From Eledone cirrhosa (taxonomy: Eukaryota), in contig OZ024740.1 in NCBI GenBank assembly GCA_964016885.1, positions 17,360,001-17,424,000 on the forward strand: 64,000 nt of DNA. Reading direction: 5' to 3'. Every line of letters begins with the position of its first letter. The first letter of the stretch is position 1. The translations under genes were made by a program, and so were the position numbers. Under the pieces are notes generated by a model that worked only from the letters and a program-made list of their open reading frames with translations, searched no databases and was not told where the DNA came from. Positions 1 through 12,600 of this stretch are shown piece by piece.

Positions 1-3000
1 GTGGTCTTGAGGTAGACTTAGCTCTCTTGTAGACACCAACACAGCATTGTGTGTGGTCTTGAGGTAGACTTAGCTCTCTTGAGGACACCAACACAGCATT
101 GTGTCTGGTTTTGAGGTAGACTTAGCTCTCTTGTAGACACCAACACAGCATTGTGTGTGGTCTTGAGGTAGACTTAGCTCTCTTGTAGACACCAACACAG
201 CATTGTGTGTGGTCTTGAGGTAGACTTAGCTCTCTTGAGGACACCAACACAGCATTGTGTCTGGTTTTGAGGTAGACTTAGCTCTCTTGTAGACACCAAC
301 ACAGCATTGTGTGTGGTCTTGAGGTAGACTTAGCTCTCTTGTAGACACCAACACAGCATTGTGTGTGGTCTTGAGGTAGACTTAGCTCTCTTGTAGACAC
401 CAACACAGCATTGTGTGTGGTCTTGAAGTAGACTTAGCTCTCTTGAGGACACCAACACAGCATTGTGTGTGGTCTTGAGGTAGACTTAGCTCTCTTGAGG
501 ACACCAACACAGCATTGTGTCTGGTTTTGAGGTAGACTTAGCTCTCTTGTAGACACTAACACAGCATTGTGTGAGGTCTTGTGGTAGACATAGCTGTCTT
601 GTAGACACCAACACAGCATTGTGTGTGGTCTTAAGGTAGACTTAGCTCTCTTGTAGACACCAACACAGCATTGTGTCTGGTCTTGAGGTAGACTTATCTC
701 TCTTGTAGACACCAACACAGCATTGTGTGTGGTCTTGAGGTAGACATAGCTCTCTTGTAGACACCAACACAGCATTGTGTCTGGTCTTGAGGTAGACATA
801 GCTCTCTTGTAGACACCAACACAGCATTGTTTGTGGTCTTGAGGTAGACTTAGCTCTCTTGTGGACACCAACACAGCATTGTGTGTGGTCTTGAGGTAGA
901 CTTAGCTCTCTTGTAGACACCAACACAGCATTGTGTGTGGTCTTGAGGCAGACTTAGCTCTCTTGTAGACACCAACACAGCATTGTGTGTGGTCTTGAGG
1001 TAGACTTAGCTCTCTTGTAGACACCAACACAGCATTGTGAGTGGTCTTCAGGTAGACTTAGCTCTCTTGTAGACAACAACACAGCATTGTGTCTGGTCTT
1101 GAGGTAGACATAGCTCTCTTGTAGACACCAACACAGCATTGTTTGTGGTCTTGATGTAGACTGAGCTCTCTTGTAGACGCCAACACAGCATTGTGTGTGG
1201 TCTTGAGGTAGACTTAGCTCTCTTGTAGACACCAACACAGCACTGTGTGTGGTCTTGAGGTAGACATAGCTCTCTTGTAGACACCAACACAGCATTGTGT
1301 CTGGTCTTGAGGTAGACATAGCTCTCTTGTAGACACCAACACAGCATTGTTTGTGGTCTTGATGTAGACTGAGCTCTCTTGTAGACGCCAACACAGCATT
1401 GTGTGTGGTCTTGAGGTAGACTTAGCTCTCTTGTAGACGCCAACACAGAATTGTGTGTGGTCTTGAGGTAGACTTAGCTCTCTTGTGGACACCAACACAG
1501 CATTGTGTGTGGTCTTGAGGTAGACTTAGCTCTCTTGAGGACGCCAACACAGCATCGTGTGTTTTCTTGAGGTAGACTTAGCTCTCTTGTAGACACCAAC
1601 ACAGCATTGTGTGTGGTCTTGAGGCAGACTTAGCTCTCTTGTAGACACCAACACAGCATTGTGTGTGGTCTTGAGGTAGACTTAGCTCTCTTGTAGACAC
1701 CAACACAGCATTGTGAGTGGTCTTCAGGTAGACTTAGCTCTCTTGTAGACACCAACACACAGCATTGTGTGTGGTTTTGAGGTAGACATAGCTCTCTTGT
1801 AGACACCAACACAGCATTGTGTGTCGTCTTGCGGTAGACTTAGCTCTCTTGTAGACACCAACTCAGCATTGTCTGTGGTCTTGAGGTAGACTTAGCTCTC
1901 TTGTAGACACCAACACAGCATTGTGTCTGGTCTTGAGGTAGACATAGCTCTCTTGTAGACACCAACACAGCATTGTGTGTGGTCTTGAGGTAGACTTAGC
2001 TCTCTTGTAGACACCAACACAGCATTGTGTGTGGTCTTGAGGTTGACTTAGCTCTCTTGTAGACACCAACACAGCATCGTGTGTGGTCTTGAGGTAGACT
2101 TAGCTCTCTTGTAGACACCAACAGAGCATTGTGTGTGGTCTTGAGATAGACTTAGCTCTCTTGTAGACACCAACACAGCATTGTGTGTGGTCTTGAGGTA
2201 GCCTTAGCTCTCGTAGACACCAACACTGCATTGTGTGTGGTCTTGAGGTAGACTTAGCTCTCTTGTAGACACCACACTGCATTGTGTGTGGGCTTGAGGT
2301 AGACTTAGCTCTCTTGTAGACACCAACACAGCATTGTGTGTGGTCTTGAGATAGACTTAGCTCTCTTGTAGACACCAACACAGCATTGTGTCTAGTCTTG
2401 AGGTAGACTTAGTTCTCTTGTAGACACCAACACTGCATTGTGTGTGGTCTTGAGGTAGACTTAGCTCTCTTGTAGACACCAACTCAGCATTGTCTGTGGT
2501 CTTGAGGTAGACTTAGCTCTCTTGTGGACACCAACACAGCATTGTGTGTGGTATTGAGGTAGACTTAGATCTCTTGTAGACACCAACACAACATTGTGTC
2601 TGGTTTTGAGGTAGACTTAGCTCTCTTGTAGACACCAACACAGCATTGTGTGTGGTCTTGAGGTAGACTTAGCTCTCTTGTAGACACCAACACAGCATTG
2701 TGTGTGGTCTTGAGGTAGACTTAGCTCTCTTGAGGACACCAACACAGCATTGTGTCTGGTTTTGAGGTAGACTTAGCTCTCTTGTAGACACCAACACAGC
2801 ATTGTGTGTGGTCTTGAGGTAGACTTAGCTCTCTTGTAGACACCAACACAGCATTGTGTGTGGTCTTGAGGTAGACTTAGCTCTCTTGAGGACACCAACA
2901 CAGCATTGTGTCTGGTTTTGAGGTAGACTTAGCTCTCTTGTAGACACCAACACAGCATTGTGTGTGGTCTTGAGGTAGACTTAGCTCTCTTGTAGACACC

Positions 3001-6000
3001 AACGCAGCATTGTGTGTGGTCTTGAGGTAGACTTAGCTCTCTTGTAGACACCAACACAGCATTGTGTGTGGTCTTGAAGTAGACTTAGCTCTCTTGAGGA
3101 CACCAACACAGCATTGTGTGTGGTCTTGAGGTAGACTTAGCTCTCTTGTAGACACCAACACAGCATTGTGTCTGGTTTTGAGGTAGACTTAGCTCTCTTG
3201 TAGACACCAACACAGCATTGTGTGAGGTCTTGTGGTAGACATAGCTGTCTTGTAGACACCAACACAGCATTGTGTGTGGTCTTAAGGTAGACTTAGCTCT
3301 CTTGTAGACACCAACACAGCATTGTGTCTGGTCTTGAGGTAGACTTATCTCTCTTGTAGACACCAACACAGCACTGTGTGTGGTCTTGAGGTAGACATAG
3401 CTCTCTTGTAGACACCAACACAGCATTGTGTCTGGTCTTGAGGTAGACATAGCTCTCTTGTAGACACCAACACAGCATTGTGTGTGGTCTTGAGGTAGAC
3501 TTAGCTCTCTTGTAGACACCAACACAGCATTGTGTGTGGTCTTGAGGCAGACTTAGCTCTCTTGTAGACACCAACACAGCATTGTGTGTGGTCTTGAGGT
3601 AGACTTAGCTCTCTTGTAGACACCAACACAGCATTGTGAGTGGTCTTCAGGTAGACTTAGCTCTCTTGTAGACAACAACACACAGCATTGTGTGTGGTCT
3701 TGAGGTAGACATAGCTCTCTTGTAGACACCAACACAGCATTGTGTGTGATCTTGAGGTAGACTTAGCTCTCTTGTAGACACCAACACAGCACTGTGTGTG
3801 GTCTTGAGGTAGACTTAGCTCTCTTGTAGACACCAACACAGCATTGTGTCTGGTCTTGAGGTAGACATAGCTCTCTTGTAGACACCAACACAGCATTGTG
3901 TGTGGTCTTGAGGTAGACTTAGCTCTCTTGTAGACACCAACACAGCATTGTGTGTGGTCTTGAGGTTGACTTAGCTCTCTTGTAGACACCAACACAGCAT
4001 CGTGTGTGGTCTTGAGGTAGACTTAGCTCTCTTGTAGACACCAACAGAGCATTGTGTCTGGTCTTGAGGTAGACATAGCTCTCTTGTAGACACCAACACA
4101 GCATTGTGTGTGGTCTTGAGATAAACTTAGCTCTCTTGTAGACACCAACACAGCATTGTGTGTGGTCTTGAGGTAGCCTTAGCTCTATTGTAGACACCAA
4201 CACTGCATTGTGTGTGGTCTTCAGGTAGACTTAGCTCTCTTGTAGACACCAACACAGCATTGTGTGTGGTCTTGAAGTAGACTTAGCTCTCTTGAGGACA
4301 CCAACACAGCATTGTGTGTGGTCTTGAGGTAGACTTAGCTCTCTTGAGGACACCAACACAGCATTGTGTCTGGTTTTGAGGTAGACTTAGCTCTCTTGTA
4401 GACACCAACACAGCATTGTGTGTGGTCTTGTGGTAGACATAGCTGTCTTGTAGACACCATCACAGCATTGTGTGTGGTCTTAAGGTAGACTTAGCTCTCT
4501 TGTAGACACCAACACAGCACTGTGTGTGGTCTTGAGGTAGACATAGCTCTCTTGTAGACACCAACACAGCATTGTGTGTGGTCTTGAGGTAGACTTAGCT
4601 CTCTTGTAGACACCAACACAGCATTGTGTGTGGTCTTGAGGTTGACTTAGCTCTCTTGTAGACACCAACACAGCATCGTGTGTGGTCTTGAGGTAGACTT
4701 AGCTCTCTTGTAGACACCAACAGAGCATTGTGTCTGGTCTTGAGGTAGACATAGCTCTCTTGTAGACACCAACACAGCATTGTGTGTGGTCTTGAGATAA
4801 ACTTAGCTCTCTTGTAGACACCAACACAGCATTGTGTGTGGTCTTGAGGTAGCCTTAGCTCTATTGTAGACACCAACACAGCATTGTGTGTGGTCTTGTG
4901 GTAGACATAGCTCTCTTGTAGACACCAACACAGCATTGTTTGTGGTCTTGATGTAGACTGAGCTCTCTTGTAGACGCCAACACAGCATTGTGTGTGGTCT
5001 TGAGGTAGACTTAGCTCTCTTGTAGACGCCAACACAGAATTGTGTGTGGTCTTGAGGTAGACTTAGCTCTCTTGTGGACACCAACACAGCATTGTGTGTG
5101 GTCTTGAGGTAGACTTAGCTCTCTTGAGGACGCCAACACAGCATCGTGTGTTTTCTTGAGGTAGACTTAGCTCTCTTGTAGACACCAACACAGCATTGTG
5201 TGTGGTCTTGAGGCAGACTTAGCTCTCTTGTAGACACCAACACAGCATTGTGTGTGGTCTTGAGGTAGACTTAGCTCTCTTGTAGACACCAACACAGCAT
5301 TGTGAGTGGTCTTCAGGTAGACTTAGCTCTCTTGTAGACACCAACACACAGCATTGTGTGTGGTTTTGAGGTAGACATAGCTCTCTTGTAGACACCAACA
5401 CAGCATTGTGTGTCGTCTTGCGGTAGACTTAGCTCTCTTGTAGACACCAACACAGCATTGTGTGTGGTCTTGAGGTAGCCTTAGCTCTCGTAGACACCAA
5501 CACTGCATTGTGTGTGGTCTTGAGGTAGACTTAGCTCTCTTGTAGACACCACACTGCATTGTGTGTGGGCTTGAGGTAGACTTAGCTCTCTTGTAGACAC
5601 CAACACAGCATTGTGTGTGGTCTTGAGATAGACTTAGCTCTCTTGTAGACACCAACACAGCATTGTGTCTAGTCTTGAGGTAGACTTAGTTCTCTTGTAG
5701 ACACCAACACTGCATTGTGTGTGGTCTTGAGGTAGACTTAGCTCTCTTGTAGACACCAACTCAGCATTGTCTGTGGTCTTGAGGTAGACTTAGCTCTCTT
5801 GTGGACACCAACACAGCATTGTGTGTGGTATTGAGGTAGACTTAGATCTCTTGTAGACACCAACACAACATTGTGTCTGGTTTTGAGGTAGACTTAGCTC
5901 TCTTGTAGACACCAACACAGCATTGTGTGTGGTCTTGAGGTAGACTTAGCTCTCTTGTAGACACCAACACAGCATTGTGTGTGGTCTTGAGGTAGACTTA

Positions 6001-9000
6001 GCTCTCTTGAGGACACCAACACAGCATTGTGTCTGGTTTTGAGGTAGACTTAGCTCTCTTGTAGACACCAACACAGCATTGTGTGTGGTCTTGAGGTAGA
6101 CTTAGCTCTCTTGTAGACACCAACACAGCATTGTGTGTGGTCTTGAGGTAGACTTAGCTCTCTTGAGGACACCAACACAGCATTGTGTCTGGTTTTGAGG
6201 TAGACTTAGCTCTCTTGTAGACACCAACACAGCATTGTGTGTGGTCTTGAGGTAGACTTAGCTCTCTTGTAGACACCAACACAGCATTGTGTGTGGTCTT
6301 GAGGTAGACTTAGCTCTCTTGTAGACACCAACACAGCATTGTGTGTGGTCTTGAAGTAGACTTAGCTCTCTTGAGGACACCAACACAGCATTGTGTGTGG
6401 TCTTGAAGTAGACTTAGCTCTCTTGAGGACACCAACACAGCATTGTGTCTGGTTTTGAGGTAGACTTAGCTCTCTTGTAGACACCAACACAGCATTGTGT
6501 GAGGTCTTGTGGTAGACATAGCTGTCTTGTAGACACCAACACAGCATTGTGTGTGGTCTTAAGGTAGACTTAGCTCTCTTGTAGACACCAACACAGCATT
6601 GTGTCTGGTCTTGAGGTAGACTTATCTCTCTTGTAGACACCAACACAGCACTGTGTGTGGTCTTGAGGTAGACATAGCTCTCTTGTAGACACCAACACAG
6701 CATTGTGTCTGGTCTTGAGGTAGACATAGCTCTCTTGTAGACACCAACACAGCATTGTTTGTGGTCTTGAGGTAGACTTAGCTCTCTTGTGGACACCAAC
6801 ACAGCATTGTGTGTGGTCTTGAGGTAGACTTAGCTCTCTTGTAGACACCAACACAGCATTGTGTGTGGTCTTGAGGCAGACTTAGCTCTCTTGTAGACAC
6901 CAACACAGCATTGTGTGTGGTCTTGAGGTAGACTTAGCTCTCTTGTAGACACCAACACAGCATTGTGAGTGGTCTTCAGGTAGACTTAGCTCTCTTGTAG
7001 ACAACAACACAGCATTGTGTCTGGTCTTGAGGTAGACATAGCTCTCTTGTAGACACCAACACAGCATTGTTTGTGGTCTTGATGTAGACTGAGCTCTCTT
7101 GTAGACGCCAACACAGCATTGTGTGTGGTCTTGAGGTAGACTTAGCTCTCTTGTAGACACCAACACAGCACTGTGTGTGGTCTTGAGGTAGACATAGCTC
7201 TCTTGTAGACACCAACACAGCATTGTGTCTGGTCTTGAGGTAGACATAGCTCTCTTGTAGACACCAACACAGCATTGTTTGTGGTCTTGATGTAGACTGA
7301 GCTCTCTTGTAGACGCCAACACAGCATTGTGTGTGGTCTTGAGGTAGACTTAGCTCTCTTGTAGACACCAACACAGCATTGTGTCTGGTCTTGAGGTAGA
7401 CATAGCTCTCTTGTAGACACCAACACAGCATTGTTTGTGGTCTTGATGTAGACTTAGCTCTCTTGTGGACACCAACACAGCATTGTGTGTGGTCTTGAGG
7501 TAGACTTAGCTCTCTTGAGGACGCCAACACAGCATCGTGTGTTTTCTTGAGGTAGACTTAGCTCTCTTGTAGACACCAACACAGCATTGTGTGTGGTCTT
7601 GAGGCAGACTTAGCTCTCTTGTAGACACCAACACAGCATTGTGTGTGGTCTTGAGGTAGACTTAGCTCTCTTGTAGACACCAACACAGCATTGTGAGTGG
7701 TCTTCAGGTAGACTTAGGTCTCTTGTAGACACCAACACACAGCATTGTGTGTGGTTTTGAGGTAGACATAGCTCTCTTGTAGACACCAACACAGCATTGT
7801 GTGTCGTCTTGCGGTAGACTTAGCTCTCTTGTAGACACCAACTCAGCATTGTCTGTGGTCTTGAGGTAGACTTAGCTCTCTTGTAGACACCAACACAGCA
7901 TTGTGTCTGGTCTTGAGGTAGACATAGCTCTCTTGTAGACACCAACACAGCATTGTGTGTGGTCTTGAGGTAGACTTAGCTCTCTTGTAGACACCAACAC
8001 AGCATTGTGTGTGGTCTTGAGGTTGACTTAGCTCTCTTGTAGACACCAACACAGCATCGTGTGTGGTCTTGAGGTAGACTTAGCTCTCTTGTAGACACCA
8101 ACAGAGCATTGTGTGTGGTCTTGAGATAGACTTAGCTCTCTTGTAGACACCAACACAGCATTGTGTGTGGTCTTGAGGTAGCCTTAGCTCTCGTAGACAC
8201 CAACACTGCATTGTGTGTGGTCTTGAGGTAGACTTAGCTCTCTTGTAGACACCACACTGCATTGTGTGTGGGCTTGAGGTAGACTTAGCTCTCTTGTAGA
8301 CACCAACACAGCATTGTGTGTGGTCTTGAGATAGACTTAGCTCTCTTGTAGACACCAACACAGCATTGTGTCTAGTCTTGAGGTAGACTTAGTTCTCTTG
8401 TAGACACCAACACTGCATTGTGTGTGGTCTTGAGGTAGACTTAGCTCTCTTGTAGACACCAACTCAGCATTGTCTGTGGTCTTGAGGTAGACTTAGCTCT
8501 CTTGTGGACACCAACACAGCATTGTGTGTGGTATTGAGGTAGACTTAGATCTCTTGTAGACACCAACACAACATTGTGTCTGGTTTTGAGGTAGACTTAG
8601 CTCTCTTGTAGACACCAACACAGCATTGTGTGTGGTCTTGAGGTAGACTTAGCTCTCTTGTAGACACCAACACAGCATTGTGTGTGGTCTTGAGGTAGAC
8701 TTAGCTCTCTTGAGGACACCAACACAGCATTGTGTCTGGTTTTGAGGTAGACTTAGCTCTCTTGTAGACACCAACACAGCATTGTGTGTGGTCTTGAGGT
8801 AGACTTAGCTCTCTTGTAGACACCAACACAGCATTGTGTGTGGTCTTGAGGTAGACTTAGCTCTCTTGAGGACACCAACACAGCATTGTGTCTGGTTTTG
8901 AGGTAGACTTAGCTCTCTTGTAGACACCAACACAGCATTGTGTGTGGTCTTGGGGTAGACTTAGCTCTCTTGTAGACACCAACACAGCATTGTGTGTGGT

Positions 9001-9600
9001 CTTGAGGTAGACTTAGCTCTCTTGTAGACACCAACACAGCATTGTGTGTGGTCTTGAAGTAGACTTAGCTCTCTTGAGGACACCAACACAGCATTGTGTG
9101 TGGTCTTGAGGTAGACTTAGCTCTCTTGTAGACACCAACACAGCATTGTGTCTGGTTTTGAGGTAGACTTAGCTCTCTTGTAGACACCAACACAGCATTG
9201 TGTGAGGTCTTGTGGTAGACATAGCTGTCTTGTAGACACCAACACAGCATTGTGTGTGGTCTTAAGGTAGACTTAGCTCTCTTGTAGACACCAACACAGC
9301 ATTGTGTCTGGTCTTGAGGTAGACTTATCTCTCTTGTAGACACCAACACAGCACTGTGTGTGGTCTTGAGGTAGACATAGCTCTCTTGTAGACACCAACA
9401 CAGCATTGTGTCTGGTCTTGAGGTAGACATAGCTCTCTTGTAGACACCAACACAGCATTGTGTGTGGTCTTGAGGTAGACTTAGCTCTCTTGTAGACACC
9501 AACACAGCATTGTGTGTGGTCTTGAGGTAGACTTAGCTCTCTTGTAGACACCAACACAGCATTGTGAGTGGTCTTCAGGTAGACTTAGCTCTCTTGTAGA
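1..9600 (+). repeat. Higher-order duplication, offset 5,928-5,980 bp (114-115 monomers): about 1-3,600 matches about 5,930-9,600
   Basis: Near-identical ORF-track entries at 434/6362, 954/6882 (offset 5,928 = 114x52) and 1630/7610, 2100/8080, 3085/9065 (offset 5,980). The BglII-type landmark sits at 2567 and 8547. Confidence 0.85.
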
Positions 9601-12600
9601 CAACAACACACAGCATTGTGTGTGGTCTTGAGGTAGACATAGCTCTCTTGTAGACACCAACACAGCATTGTGTGTGGTCTTGCGGTAGACTTAGCTCTCT
9701 TGTAGACACCAACACAGCATTGTGTCTGGTCTTGAGGTAGACATAGCTCTCTTGTAGACACCAACACAGCATTGTGTGTGGTCTTGAGGTTGACTTAGCT
9801 CTCTTGTAGACACCAACACAGCATCGTGTGTGGTCTTGAGGTAGACTTAGCTCTCTTGTAGACACCAACAGAGCATTGTGTCTGGTCTTGAGGTAGACAT
9901 AGCTCTCTTGTAGACACCAACACAGCATTGTGTGTGGTCTTGAGATAAACTTAGCTCTCTTGTAGACACCAACACAGCATTGTGTGTGGTCTTGAGGTAG
10001 CCTTAGCTCTATTGTAGACACCAACACTGCATTGTGTGTGGTCTTCAGGTAGACTTAGCTCTCTTGTAGACACCAACACAGCATTGTGTGTGGTCTTGAA
10101 GTAGACTTAGCTCTCTTGAGGACACCAACACAGCATTGTGTGTGGTCTTGAGGTAGACTTAGCTCTCTTGAGGACACCAACACAGCATTGTGTCTGGTTT
10201 TGAGGTAGACTTAGCTCTCTTGTAGACACCAACACAGCATTGTGTGTGGTCTTGTGGTAGACATAGCTGTCTTGTAGACACCAACACAGCATTGTGTGTG
10301 GTCTTAAGGTAGACTTAGCTCTCTTGTAGACACCAACACAGCACTATGTGTGGTCTTGAGGTAGACATAGCTCTCTTGTAGACACCAACACAGCATTGTG
10401 TCTAGTCTTGAGGTAGACTTAGTTCTCTTGTAGACACCAACACTGCATTGTGTGTGGTCTTGAGGTAGACTTAGCTCTCTTGTAGACACCAACTCAGCAT
10501 TGTCTGTGGTCTTGAGGTAGACTTAGCTCTCTTGTGGACACCAACACAGCATTGTGTGTGGTATTGAGGTAGACTTAGATCTCTTGTAGACACCAACACA
10601 ACATTGTGTCTGGTTTTGAGGTAGACTTAGCTCTCTTGTAGACACCAACACAGCATTGTGTGTGGTCTTGAGGTAGACTTAGCTCTCTTGTAGACACCAA
10701 CACAGCATTGTGTGTGGTCTTGAGGTAGACTTAGCTCTCTTGAGGACACCAACACAGCATTGTGTCTGGTTTTGAGGTAGACTTAGCTCTCTTGTAGACA
10801 CCAACACAGCATTGTGTGTGGTCTTGAGGTAGACTTAGCTCTCTTGTAGACACCAACACAGCATTGTGTGTGGTCTTGAGGTAGACTTAGCTCTCTTGAG
10901 GACACCAACACAGCATTGTGTCTGGTTTTGAGGTAGACTTAGCTCTCTTGTAGACACCAACACAGCATTGTGTGTGGTCTTGAGGTAGACTTAGCTCTCT
11001 TGTAGACACCAACACAGCATTGTGTGTGGTCTTGAGGTAGACTTAGCTCTCTTGTAGACACCAACACAGCATTGTGTGTGGTCTTGAAGTAGACTTAGCT
11101 CTCTTGAGGACACCAACACAGCATTGTGTGTGGTCTTGAGGTAGACTTAGCTCTCTTGAGGACACCAACACAGCATTGTGTCTGGTTTTGAGGTAGACTT
11201 AGCTCTCTTGTAGACACCAACACAGCATTGTGTGAGGTCTTGTGGTAGACATAGCTGTCTTGTAGACACCAACACAGCATTGTGTGTGGTCTTAAGGTAG
11301 ACTTAGCTCTCTTGTAGACACCAACACAGCATTGTGTCTGGTCTTGAGGTAGACTTATCTCTCTTGTAGACACCAACACAGCACTGTGTGTGGTCTTGAG
11401 GTAGACATAGCTCTCTTGTAGACACCAACACAGCATTGTGTCTGGTCTTGAGGTAGACATAGCTCTCTTGTAGACACCAACACAGCATTGTTTGTGGTCT
11501 TGAGGTAGACTTAGCTCTCTTGTGGACACCAACACAGCATTGTGTGTGGTCTTGAGGTAGACTTAGCTCTCTTGTAGACACCAACACAGCATTGTGTGTG
11601 GTCTTGAGGCAGACTTAGCTCTCTTGTAGACACCAACACAGCATTGTGTGTGGTCTTGAGGTAGACTTAGCTCTCTTGTAGACACCAACACAGCATTGTG
11701 AGTGGTCTTCAGGTAGACTTAGCTCTCTTGTAGACAACAACACAGCATTGTGTCTGGTCTTGAGGTAGACATAGCTCTCTTGTAGACACCAACACAGCAT
11801 TGTTTGTGGTCTTGATGTAGACTGAGCTCTCTTGTAGACGCCAACACAGCATTGTGTGTGGTCTTGAGGTAGACTTAGCTCTCTTGTAGACACCAACACA
11901 GCACTGTGTGTGGTCTTGAGGTAGACATAGCTCTCTTGTAGACACCAACACAGCATTGTGTCTGGTCTTGAGGTAGACATAGCTCTCTTGTAGACACCAA
12001 CACAGCATTGTTTGTGGTCTTGATGTAGACTGAGCTCTCTTGTAGACGCCAACACAGCATTGTGTGTGGTCTTGAGGTAGACTTAGCTCTCTTGTAGACA
12101 CCAACACAGCATTGTGTCTGGTCTTGAGGTAGACATAGCTCTCTTGTAGACACCAACACAGCATTGTTTGTGGTCTTGATGTAGACTTAGCTCTCTTGTG
12201 GACACCAACACAGCATTGTGTGTGGTCTTGAGGTAGACTTAGCTCTCTTGAGGACGCCAACACAGCATCGTGTGTTTTCTTGAGGTAGACTTAGCTCTCT
12301 TGTAGACACCAACACAGCATTGTGTGTGGTCTTGAGGCAGACTTAGCTCTCTTGTAGACACCAACACAGCATTGTGTGTGGTCTTGAGGTAGACTTAGCT
12401 CTCTTGTAGACACCAACACAGCATTGTGAGTGGTCTTCAGGTAGACTTAGCTCTCTTGTAGACACCAACACACAGCATTGTGTGTGGTTTTGAGGTAGAC
12501 ATAGCTCTCTTGTAGACACCAACACAGCATTGTGTGTCGTCTTGCGGTAGACTTAGCTCTCTTGTAGACACCAACTCAGCATTGTCTGTGGTCTTGAGGT

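Noticed and set aside
1-52. CENP-B box
   Set aside because: The box needs TTCG and CGGG cores, and the consensus has no CpG.
1-52. tRNA, 5S rRNA, snRNA or spliced-leader gene array
   Set aside because: The 52-bp unit is too short, and I see no cloverleaf, A/B boxes or other recognisable RNA-gene signature.
1235-1260. V(D)J RSS or Transib-like signal (variant CACTGTG heptamer; GGTTTTGAG nonamer-like variant)
   Set aside because: The nonamer match is poor, the spacing to the next heptamer-like site is 33 bp rather than 12 or 23, and no gene segments are present.
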